This document shows positions 28,560-36,431 of a stretch of DNA of 64,000 bases, piece by piece (positions within the stretch are counted from its first letter, which is position 1; each line of letters begins with the position of its first letter). Where the stretch lies: positions 540 to 64,539 of the forward strand of contig DAOOPF010000004.1 in assembly GCA_035388125.1 (NCBI GenBank), in the 5' to 3' direction. The translations under genes were made by a program, and so were the position numbers. A model generated the notes under the pieces. It did no database searches and had not been told where the DNA came from. It was given only the letters and a program-made list of their open reading frames with translations. Origin of the DNA: a bacterium (lineage in GTDB: Bacteria > Zhuqueibacterota > Zhuqueibacteria > Residuimicrobiales > Residuimicrobiaceae).

Positions 28560-28904
28560 TCAATTGCTCCCGCGTAGACCCAGGGCATAGAGCCGGCCCG
28601 CAATATCAAAGGCATTCTGGTCGCAGCTATAGAGGGCGATCTTTTTGATGTTGGCTTTGTCGATCGCGTCCATGGCGGGCACGGCGCCGTTGGTGAAGAT
28701 GACCGCGGTCAGCTCCTTGAAAAAAGCGATCGCGATGACATTCTCATGGGCCTGATTGGTGATCCAGATGGCATCGCGCGGCACTCTGGCCATCACATCG
28801 CTGAGGATGTCGGAAATGCATGCAGAAGATACATCCCGTTCTTTGGAATTAGCCATTGTAAGGCAATTTAGAGGGATTTCTTCAAGTATTTTTATAAATT
28901 CCAT
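28560..28904 (-). CDS. DRTGG-domain protein
   Basis: 114 aa. Single small domain ending ...IFTNG..P......A....I.L......F..AGRLY, recalled as DRTGG. Abuts the PHP gene with no gap. Confidence 0.6.
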   Translation of the reverse strand: MEFIKILEEIPLNCLTMANSKERDVSSACISDILSDVMARVPRDAIWITNQAHENVIAIAFFKELTAVIFTNGAVPAMDAIDKANIKKIALYSCDQNAFDIAGRLYALGLRGSN

Positions 28905-28913
28905 GGCCTGTCT

Positions 28914-30110
28914 TTACTCTCTTGGCGTGTGGGGTAATGAGTTCACGGCAGTGAAACTTCCGCCGGTATCCTTGCCAAACTGCACCAGGTCGATCACGAT
29001 GGCGCCCATATCGATGGTCTCCCCTCCTTCCACGAGGACGACATCGCCGGTTCTGAGGTTTTTTTTAAGCCAGTTGCCGGCCTCCTCGACGGTGGAACAG
29101 GTTATGACCCGTTTGCGGCGGCTGGTGGCGGTGGTGATGGCCGATGCAGCGGCGCCGGCGTAATCTCCGACCAGGACGGCGATATCGATTGGCATGCCGG
29201 CGATATAATGGCCCATCATGGTATGCATCACCCGGGTTTGTCCCCCGATCTCAGTCAAATTCCCCATGACGAAGATAAGCCGTCTGGCATGGCGGCGAAA
29301 GTTGATCAATGATTTTGTTGATTTGTAGAATGACTGGGGAGTAGCGTCATGGGTGTCGTCGAGGATGTAAAAGCCAGGGAAGGCGTGCAATCTGCCGCGT
29401 CCGTCGGGAAGGGTGAAACCGTTTTCAAGGGCATTTTTAATGGTTTCGCGTGGCACACCGAGTTCCGAAGCGGCGGCGTAGGCGGCGAGGGCATTGTAGA
29501 CATCGCCGAGGGAATAGAGAGCCATCCTGAGGTGCACTTCTTCAGTACCGTGCCTGTGGATGGTGAAGCTGGTGCCTTCCGGCCCGAGATGTCGAATGGA
29601 ATCGGCGTAATAGTCCGATACCGAACTCAGACCGTAATAGAGCACTCTGCCGGCCAGATTCAGCCCCATCATACGCGTGAATTCATTGTCGCGATTGAGG
29701 ATGGCGATGCCGTCCGGGTCAAGGGCGGTGAGCAGTTCAAGCTTGGCAGCGGCGATATCATCGATCTTGTCATAGTGAGAGAGGTGAGCTTCACCGACAT
29801 TGGTGATGATCGCCATATGGGGTTTGATCAGGTGGGCGGCGGTGCGGCTTTCCCCCGGGATGGCGGCGCCGATTTTCAGGACCGCCCAGTCCAGCGGCGG
29901 GTGGATGGTGGTGAGTTCCCGGCCGATCTCTGCCGCGGTATCGGAGTTGCAGGAAAACTCGTAAACGCGGCCGGCCTGGCGCAGGATATGGGCGAGCATG
30001 GACCTGGTCGTCGTCTTGCCATTGCTGCCTGAAATAGCGATGAATGGAAAAGTCAGATGGACACGATATGCTTCAGCACCAGCGATGGCCTGATCAAGCA
30101 TCATGGTCAT
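28914..30110 (-). CDS. Mur-ligase-family protein (MurF-like central and C-terminal domains, no N-terminal domain)
   Basis: 398 aa. P-loop ISGSNGKTTT, ITNVGEAHL, DDTHDATP. Confidence 0.7.
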   Translation of the reverse strand: MTMMLDQAIAGAEAYRVHLTFPFIAISGSNGKTTTRSMLAHILRQAGRVYEFSCNSDTAAEIGRELTTIHPPLDWAVLKIGAAIPGESRTAAHLIKPHMAIITNVGEAHLSHYDKIDDIAAAKLELLTALDPDGIAILNRDNEFTRMMGLNLAGRVLYYGLSSVSDYYADSIRHLGPEGTSFTIHRHGTEEVHLRMALYSLGDVYNALAAYAAASELGVPRETIKNALENGFTLPDGRGRLHAFPGFYILDDTHDATPQSFYKSTKSLINFRRHARRLIFVMGNLTEIGGQTRVMHTMMGHYIAGMPIDIAVLVGDYAGAAASAITTATSRRKRVITCSTVEEAGNWLKKNLRTGDVVLVEGGETIDMGAIVIDLVQFGKDTGGSFTAVNSLPHTPRE

Positions 30111-30236
30111 ACTTTGAATTCACCGTTAGGGTTAACCCGTATGGAGCAGGCGGAACCGGCTCCGATCGAACCGTTCAGAAAGGAAAATACATAAATTTTT
30201 GAAAAGAAGAAAGAAAATAAATCGGCAGGTCTCCTT

Positions 30237-31715
30237 TTATCGTTCAGCGAGCGGAAGGAAAAGGGTAAATGTAGTTCCAACCTCGTATTCCGATTCAGCT
30301 TCAATGCGGCCGGCATAGCTGTCGACGATCTTTTTGACCAAGGTAAGCCCCAGTCCGGTGCCGGTGATGCTGCGGGTGTGGGCATTTTTGGCGCGGAAAA
30401 ACTCCTCGAAAAGCCGTTCTTTCTCTTCAGGCTTCATGCCGATGCCGGTATCGCGTACGACCAGCTTGGCATAGCCCTTTTCCCGGCTGGTATGCAGGGT
30501 TATTGAGCCCTGAGGCCGGTTATACTTGACGGCATTGGAGATCAGGTTGGTGAGGAGCCGCTGGATCTCTTCCTTGTCGGCGTCGATCAGCAAGGCCTCG
30601 GTGAGCTCAGTCTCAAGGGTCAGTCCATTCTTTTCGATCTCATTGGTGAAGAAATCGGCCACAGATTGGGTCATGAGAGAGAGATCCAGCCGTTCGATCT
30701 CGCGGCGGACCTTGCCGGCCTGGATACGGGAGATATTGAGCAGGTCATTGATGAGGGTAATCAGGCTTTTACTGCGCTCAAGGGAGCGGCGAAGATAGCT
30801 GTCGTAGGTCTCGGGTTCATCACCCAGCGTTTTATCGACAACCATTTCGAGGTAGCCCTGGATGGCGGACAATGGCGCCTTGAGTTCATGGGCAGCCATG
30901 TTGACGAACTGGGACTTGAGCAGTTCCAGCTGCTTGAGCTCGGATATATCACGGAGAACAGAGACGTAGCCGATCAGGCGGTTTTGATCATCACGGATGG
31001 TCGTGGTATTGGCCATCACGACCAGTTTTGCCGGCGGATGGATCACGAACTCCTGCTGCAGAGCCTGGAGGCTGTCTTTCTGCCTGAAAATGTCAGCGAT
31101 CAGCTCCTGAAATTGTTCCGGCAGCACCTCGCGGATGGAGCGGCCGATGACCAGCTCCTTTTCAAGTTCGAGCAGGCGGGGAAACTGGGGGTTAAAGAGG
31201 ACCACCTCCTCATCCTGATTGAGCACAACGATGCCGTCGGCGATCGAATTGATGATGGTGCGGATGCGGGACTTTTCCTGCACGATCTCGAGCAGGCGTC
31301 TCTCCTGTTCGATTCTAAGCTGGCGCGCTTCAAGGATATACCAGCGCCTTTCAACAGCGCGGTCAAAAACCAGCTGGATCTCCTCAGGCGCGAAGGGCTT
31401 GGCGATATAGTGGTAGGCGCCCAGCCTGGTGGTCTCGACGGCTGTTTCGATGGAGGCATAGGCCGTGCAGATGACGCATATCGCCTCCGGGAACCTGGCC
31501 TTGATGGCGCCGAGCACCTCCACCCCATCGATATCGCCGATTTTGAGGTCGAGAAAGTAGATATCGAACTCTTCAGCAGTGCCTTTGTCGATACCAAGCC
31601 GTCCGGTTTCGGCGGTTTCGACCCGATGGCCTTGCGCCTCAAAGAGGCGCCGAATGCCCTCCCGCATGCCGAATTCGTCATCGACGACGAGGATATTTGC
31701 CCGTTCGATCTTCAT
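30237..31715 (-). CDS. Hybrid sensor: receiver + PAS + HisKA + HATPase histidine kinase
   Basis: 492 aa. ILVVDDE...YFLDLKIGDIDG...YIAKPF receiver, PAS-like middle, H-box AAHELKAPL, then NAVKYN, DTGIGM, GTGLGL. Confidence 0.85.
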   Translation of the reverse strand: MKIERANILVVDDEFGMREGIRRLFEAQGHRVETAETGRLGIDKGTAEEFDIYFLDLKIGDIDGVEVLGAIKARFPEAICVICTAYASIETAVETTRLGAYHYIAKPFAPEEIQLVFDRAVERRWYILEARQLRIEQERRLLEIVQEKSRIRTIINSIADGIVVLNQDEEVVLFNPQFPRLLELEKELVIGRSIREVLPEQFQELIADIFRQKDSLQALQQEFVIHPPAKLVVMANTTTIRDDQNRLIGYVSVLRDISELKQLELLKSQFVNMAAHELKAPLSAIQGYLEMVVDKTLGDEPETYDSYLRRSLERSKSLITLINDLLNISRIQAGKVRREIERLDLSLMTQSVADFFTNEIEKNGLTLETELTEALLIDADKEEIQRLLTNLISNAVKYNRPQGSITLHTSREKGYAKLVVRDTGIGMKPEEKERLFEEFFRAKNAHTRSITGTGLGLTLVKKIVDSYAGRIEAESEYEVGTTFTLFLPLAER

Positions 31716-31763
31716 AGCTGCCCGATTTGAGTGGTGTAAATGTGCTGCGGAAGAGACAGCGCT

Positions 31764-31787
31764 CTCACCGGTCGTGCGACCGGTGAG
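31764..31787 (-). other. Perfect palindromic hairpin in the 90-nt gap between a receiver gene and the hybrid kinase gene
   Basis: CTCACCGGTCG-tg-CGACCGGTGAG. Confidence 0.5.
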
Positions 31788-31805
31788 CCTGCAGTATACG
31801 TACGC

Positions 31806-32219
31806 TCAGTGCCGGGGAGCTTCAGGAGTATCAAAAAAACGTTCCTTGATAAACGCGAGCAGTTCACGCGGTGGAATCGGTTTATCCAGGTATTCGTCGG
31901 CCTGGATCCATTTACGCTCCTCCTCTGTCTGGGTGGAGAAGCGGATGCCGGTCTCGTGGCTCGCAGCGGTCATGATCACCACCGGAACACTGACGCCCTC
32001 GGGCAGGCTCTTGATGCGGTGACAGAGGACAAAGCCCGAGTCAAAGTGCTCCATGGCCAGATCGACCATCACCAGATCGGGGAGATAGGTTTTAAACAGT
32101 TCAAGTCCTTCGGCGGCTGTGTTGGCTGTGGCCACTTCAAAACCGGCCTTTTCGAGGACCGGCACGTAGATCTGAAGCAGATCATAGTCGTCATCGACCA
32201 TCATGATTTTTTTCTTCAT
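31806..32219 (-). CDS. Single-domain response regulator (receiver only)
   Basis: 137 aa. IMMVDDD, LVMVDLAM, VIMTAA, YLDKP. Confidence 0.85.
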   Translation of the reverse strand: MKKKIMMVDDDYDLLQIYVPVLEKAGFEVATANTAAEGLELFKTYLPDLVMVDLAMEHFDSGFVLCHRIKSLPEGVSVPVVIMTAASHETGIRFSTQTEEERKWIQADEYLDKPIPPRELLAFIKERFFDTPEAPRH

Positions 32220-32246
32220 GGCGCTGGTATCTTCCTTTGTCAGGTT

Positions 32247-32636
32247 TTATTTATCCTGCAGCATGGCGTGTACCTTGGCGAGAAGAAGTTCCTTCTGGAC
32301 AGGTTTTTCGATAAAACTGTCCACAGGATTCCACTCGACATCGGGGCCAATGCGCAGATTGAAGGGATGTTCCCGGTTTACACCGGTCAGCATCAGGATG
32401 GGGGTGTGGCGGATCGCCTCATGCTTGCGAATCTGCCGTGCCACCTCGAATCCTTCACCGACCGTGCTCATCATTACGTCCAGAATGACCAGATCCGGCC
32501 GTTCCGCGATCACCTTTTCCAGTCCTTCGGCTCCGCTGAAAGCGGCCACAACCTCATAGCCGGCCATGGTGAGAAGGGCGCGGTTCAGTTCGACGATATC
32601 GATGTCATCGTCGATCAGTAAAATCTTTTTACTCAT
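32247..32636 (-). CDS. Single-domain response regulator (receiver only)
   Basis: 129 aa. ILLIDDD, LVILDVMM, ILMLTG, FIEKP. Its ATG overlaps the stop of the upstream kinase gene (ATGA at 32633-32636). Confidence 0.85.
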   Translation of the reverse strand: MSKKILLIDDDIDIVELNRALLTMAGYEVVAAFSGAEGLEKVIAERPDLVILDVMMSTVGEGFEVARQIRKHEAIRHTPILMLTGVNREHPFNLRIGPDVEWNPVDSFIEKPVQKELLLAKVHAMLQDK

Positions 32637-34684
32637 TGCATGCTCTCCTGCACAGCTTTGAAATCGAAAGCAGCGGCATGGACTGCATTCTGAACCGGCA
32701 ATTCCACCGTGAATGTCGATCCATGATCGACTTCACTCTTGACGGTGATGCTGCCGCGATGCATTTTAATGATGCCATAGGCGATGGCCAGCCCGAGGCC
32801 GGTCCCCTTGCCGATCTGCTTGGTGGTGAAGAAAGGTGTGAAGAGTTTGTTCATATTTTCAACCGGGATGCCCCCGCCGGTATCGATAAAGGCGATGCGC
32901 ATTTGCTGCCCGTCGGCTGTGACTGTGGCCTGGATGGTCAGTGTGCCTCCCTCAGGCATGGCTTCAGCGGCGTTGACCGCCAGGTTGAGAAAAACCTGAT
33001 AAATCTGATCAAAATCGACCTCGATGAGAGGAAGATCAGGGTCAAGCCTGGCGACAACATGGGTCATCTGAAAAAGCGGCTGATTGAAGGCGACAGAGAT
33101 GAGCTTGTCGAGGATCTCCTGCAGAGTCACCTTGCGCAAATTGAGTTTGCCCTGACGGGCGAAGTTGAGCAGCCCGGCGACGATCTTTTGACACCGCTTG
33201 GCTTCATCCATGATGAAGTGCAAATCCTTGCTCTTCTGGTCGTCCTCCTTCAACTGTTGCAGGAGGAGATGAGCGTAAAGCATGATCGAACCGAGGGGAT
33301 TATTGACCTCATGGGCAACCCCGGCTGCCAGCTGTCCGATCGAGGCCAGTTTCTCATGCTGAATGAGCTGCTCCTGGGCGTCTGCCAGATCGCCCAGAGA
33401 TTCCTGCAGCTCTTTCTGGGTGTGCTGCAGTTCCTCGATAACGTAAGGAAGACACATCTCTTCCTCAGCAAAGCCCTGAAAGACCGCTTTGGCGTATTCG
33501 CGGCAGGTTTCATAGCCGCAGGCTCCGCAGTTCAGTTCGTCGGAGGAGATGGCTTTCTTGATCTCCTTGAGGATCAGCCTGATCTCGTCCTCCGTGGGTT
33601 CAGGTTTTTCCTTGACCGCGGGTTTGAAGGAGCGGTGGATCACGACATCCTGATACTGGAGGATGGCCTTTTTCCATTCCGCATAGTTGGTCTGCATGCG
33701 CAGCGAATCGGTATAGGCGACGATCTTTTGTTTGCGGGTGAAAAAATTCAGCGAGGTGTCCGTGAAAGGCCCGCTGATACACCCCTCGCAGAAGAGGATA
33801 TCAACCAGACTCGCCTTGACCTGATGGTTTTTCAGGCTTTCCAGCAATTTGAGCACGCGCTGTTTGCCTTCGGTGACGACCACTTCGTTGTTCATCAAAT
33901 CGAAAGGCAGGCCGGCACTGCGCAACAGCCCTCCAGAGACCGGATAGAGGCGTCCGAGATAGGCATGAGGCGGATCAAAGGCGACCGGCTCAGCCTGGGC
34001 GGGGTCGATCCCGCGGCGTTTCCAGAGTTCCTTCAGTTCTGCGTAGGTGAGCACCTCGTCCACGGCGTCCGAGACCTCGGGGTCGAGCATCTCGACTTTT
34101 TTAGCCGTGCAGGGACCGATGAAGACCGTCCTGACCTCTTCGCCATAGCAGCGGCGGACAACCCTTCCCATAGCGACCATGGGGCTGACTATCGGGGCCA
34201 GATTGGGCACCAGTTCGGGAGCCGTGCGTTCGACCAGTTCATAGATAACCGGACAGGAGCTGGTAATCAGCGGCAGGGCGATCTCCTGGCCGTCCAGAGT
34301 CTGTTTGGAGTTGACCAGACGGTAGTATTCACGATTGATCAGATCCGCACCGTAGGCGACCTCGACCACGTGCTGAAAACCCGCCTTGTGCAGGGCCCCG
34401 GCAATCTGTTCCCCCTCCAGATCCGGCAGGCCGGCCGGAAAAGAGGGAGCGATCATGGCGACGACAGGATGGCCGCTCTTGAGAAAGCGCTCGACCGCCT
34501 CCACCCCGCTCTTCACCGCTTTGGCCCCCTGGGTGCAGACGGTGACGCAATGTCCGCAGCCCAGACAAAGCTCCTCCACTACCTTCGCCTGGCCTTTGAC
34601 GACCATGATGGCTTTGGCGGGGCACTCGCGGATGCAGGAATAGCAGCTTTTACAACGTTCCTCTATGGTCCATATGACGGACAT
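32633..34684 (-). CDS. Sensory [FeFe]-hydrogenase-like protein fused to a histidine kinase (HydS-type H-domain + extra Cys4 motif + HisKA/HATPase)
   Basis: 683 aa. CKSCYSCIRECP and CLGCGHCVTVC ferredoxin motifs. H-domain motifs ITSSCPV (P1), GPCTAKKVE (P2), DILFCEGCISG (P3). CGACGYETC motif. Coiled coil, H-box VAHEVNNPL, then NAAEAM, DTGGGI, GTGLGL. Confidence 0.8.
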   Translation of the reverse strand: MSVIWTIEERCKSCYSCIRECPAKAIMVVKGQAKVVEELCLGCGHCVTVCTQGAKAVKSGVEAVERFLKSGHPVVAMIAPSFPAGLPDLEGEQIAGALHKAGFQHVVEVAYGADLINREYYRLVNSKQTLDGQEIALPLITSSCPVIYELVERTAPELVPNLAPIVSPMVAMGRVVRRCYGEEVRTVFIGPCTAKKVEMLDPEVSDAVDEVLTYAELKELWKRRGIDPAQAEPVAFDPPHAYLGRLYPVSGGLLRSAGLPFDLMNNEVVVTEGKQRVLKLLESLKNHQVKASLVDILFCEGCISGPFTDTSLNFFTRKQKIVAYTDSLRMQTNYAEWKKAILQYQDVVIHRSFKPAVKEKPEPTEDEIRLILKEIKKAISSDELNCGACGYETCREYAKAVFQGFAEEEMCLPYVIEELQHTQKELQESLGDLADAQEQLIQHEKLASIGQLAAGVAHEVNNPLGSIMLYAHLLLQQLKEDDQKSKDLHFIMDEAKRCQKIVAGLLNFARQGKLNLRKVTLQEILDKLISVAFNQPLFQMTHVVARLDPDLPLIEVDFDQIYQVFLNLAVNAAEAMPEGGTLTIQATVTADGQQMRIAFIDTGGGIPVENMNKLFTPFFTTKQIGKGTGLGLAIAYGIIKMHRGSITVKSEVDHGSTFTVELPVQNAVHAAAFDFKAVQESMQ

Positions 34685-34708
34685 ACAGCCATCCTTTCCG
34701 GCGGCTCT

Positions 34709-36415
34709 TTAGGCGCGTTCCACATAGTGGGTGTGGAGCAGTTCATGGGCCTTGTGGCCGTTGGGCTCGCCGAGGAATTCCTTATAAAGGCGCATCACCG
34801 CTTCATTCTGGTGTGAAGCGCGTTTGGGCAAGGTGCGATCGATGGCATAGATAGCCTCCATGCGCTTGCGCACCCGGTCCGGGTCGCTGTTGATGGGCTG
34901 GCCGCCGCCATTGATGCAGCCGTTCGGGCAGGCCATGACCTCGATGAAGTGATAGGTGTTCTCGCCGGAGCGGATCTTGTCAAGGATGGTGCCGATATTC
35001 TTCAGTCCGCTGACGGCGGCTACCTTGATGGTCAGGTTGGCGATGGTGACCTCGCCCTCCTTTACTCCCTGCAGACCACGCACCGGCGTGAACTCGACAT
35101 TATCCATCTCCTTGCCGGTGAGGAAAAAGTGGGCGGTGCGCAGAGCAGCTTCCATGACCCCGCCGGCGGCGCCGAAAATGACCGCGGCACCAGTCGACTC
35201 GCCCATCGGATCATCGAAATGTTCGTCAGCGAGCTTGGTGAAATCGATGCCGGCGTTCTTGATCATGCGCGCCAGCTCGCGTGTAGTGAGCACCGCATCG
35301 ACATCGCTGAATTCCTCTTTCAGTTCCGGGCGCTGGGCCTCGAACTTTTTGGCGATACAGGGCATGATCGAGATGACATAGATGTCCCTGGCAGGAATGC
35401 CGGTCTTTTCGGCGTAGTAGGATTTGATCAGCGCCCCCTCCATCTCGTGCGGCGACTTGCAGGAGGAGACATGCGGGAGCAGATCAGGATAAAAATGTTC
35501 AATATACTTGACCCAGCCCGGACTGCAGGAGGTCAGCAGCGGCAGCTTGCCGCCGTTATTGACCCGATGCAGCAGTTCGGAGGCCTCTTCGATGATGGTC
35601 AGGTCGGCGCCAAAGTTGGTATCGAATACCCGGTCCACCCCGAGCCGGCGCAGGGCGGCGACAATCTTGCCAGTGACCACGCTGCCCGGTTCCATGCCGA
35701 ACTCCTCGCCGAGGGCGACGCGTACGGCCGGTGCGATCTGGGCGACGACATGCTTTTTGGGATTATTGATCGCCTCCCAGGCGATTTTTTCGTTGCTCTT
35801 TTCGCGCAGTGCGCCAACCGGGCAGACCGTGATGCACTGGCCGCAGAAGACGCAGGCGATGGCATTGAGGCTGCCGTCCATGGCCGGAGCGACTGCGGTC
35901 TTGAAGCCGCGGCGGACAAAATCGATGGCGCCCACATTCTGGACCTCATGGCAGACGCGTACGCAGCGGCCGCAGAGGATGCATTTTTCAGGGTCGCGCT
36001 CGATCGAGGGGCTGGCCACGTCGATCTTGCCGCCGCGAATCTCACCGGCATAGCGGACATCGCGAACGCCGTACTGCGCCGCCAGATCCTGCAGCTCGCA
36101 GTTGCCGTTGCGCACGCAGGTGAGGCAGTCCTGGGGATGGTTGGCGATAAGCAGCTCGACGATGGTCTTGCGGGAACGGCGCACACGGGGTGAATTGGTC
36201 AGAACCACCATACCCTCGGTTACCGGGTAGGCGCAAGCGGGAATCAGATTGCGCTGTCCCTCGACCTCGACCACGCAAACCCGGCATGAGCCGGTGGGGC
36301 TAAAACCCTTGAGATAGCAGAGGGTGGGAATCTGGATGCCCTCGCGCTGTGCGACAGTGAGGATGGTTTCGCCCGGATTAGCCCAGCACTCTTTATTATT
36401 AATCGTTACCTTCAT
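34709..36415 (-). CDS. hydA: [FeFe]-hydrogenase catalytic subunit, HydABC set 2
   Basis: 568 aa. CILCGRCVRVC, CVFCGQCITVCP. TSCSPGW, MPCIAKKFE, EVMACPNGCINGGGQP. Confidence 0.9.
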   Translation of the reverse strand: MKVTINNKECWANPGETILTVAQREGIQIPTLCYLKGFSPTGSCRVCVVEVEGQRNLIPACAYPVTEGMVVLTNSPRVRRSRKTIVELLIANHPQDCLTCVRNGNCELQDLAAQYGVRDVRYAGEIRGGKIDVASPSIERDPEKCILCGRCVRVCHEVQNVGAIDFVRRGFKTAVAPAMDGSLNAIACVFCGQCITVCPVGALREKSNEKIAWEAINNPKKHVVAQIAPAVRVALGEEFGMEPGSVVTGKIVAALRRLGVDRVFDTNFGADLTIIEEASELLHRVNNGGKLPLLTSCSPGWVKYIEHFYPDLLPHVSSCKSPHEMEGALIKSYYAEKTGIPARDIYVISIMPCIAKKFEAQRPELKEEFSDVDAVLTTRELARMIKNAGIDFTKLADEHFDDPMGESTGAAVIFGAAGGVMEAALRTAHFFLTGKEMDNVEFTPVRGLQGVKEGEVTIANLTIKVAAVSGLKNIGTILDKIRSGENTYHFIEVMACPNGCINGGGQPINSDPDRVRKRMEAIYAIDRTLPKRASHQNEAVMRLYKEFLGEPNGHKAHELLHTHYVERA

Positions 36416-36431
36416 GATCGTCCTCTTGGTT

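Noticed and set aside
32636-34816. 726-aa plus-strand ORF, the longest ORF in this part of the track
   Set aside because: It lies exactly antisense to the hydrogenase-like kinase and to the 3' end of hydA2. Its translation is low-complexity (G/D/A/L/R-rich) with no motif, while the minus strand shows clear FeS, H-cluster and kinase motifs. This is a typical stop-poor shadow frame of a GC-rich gene.
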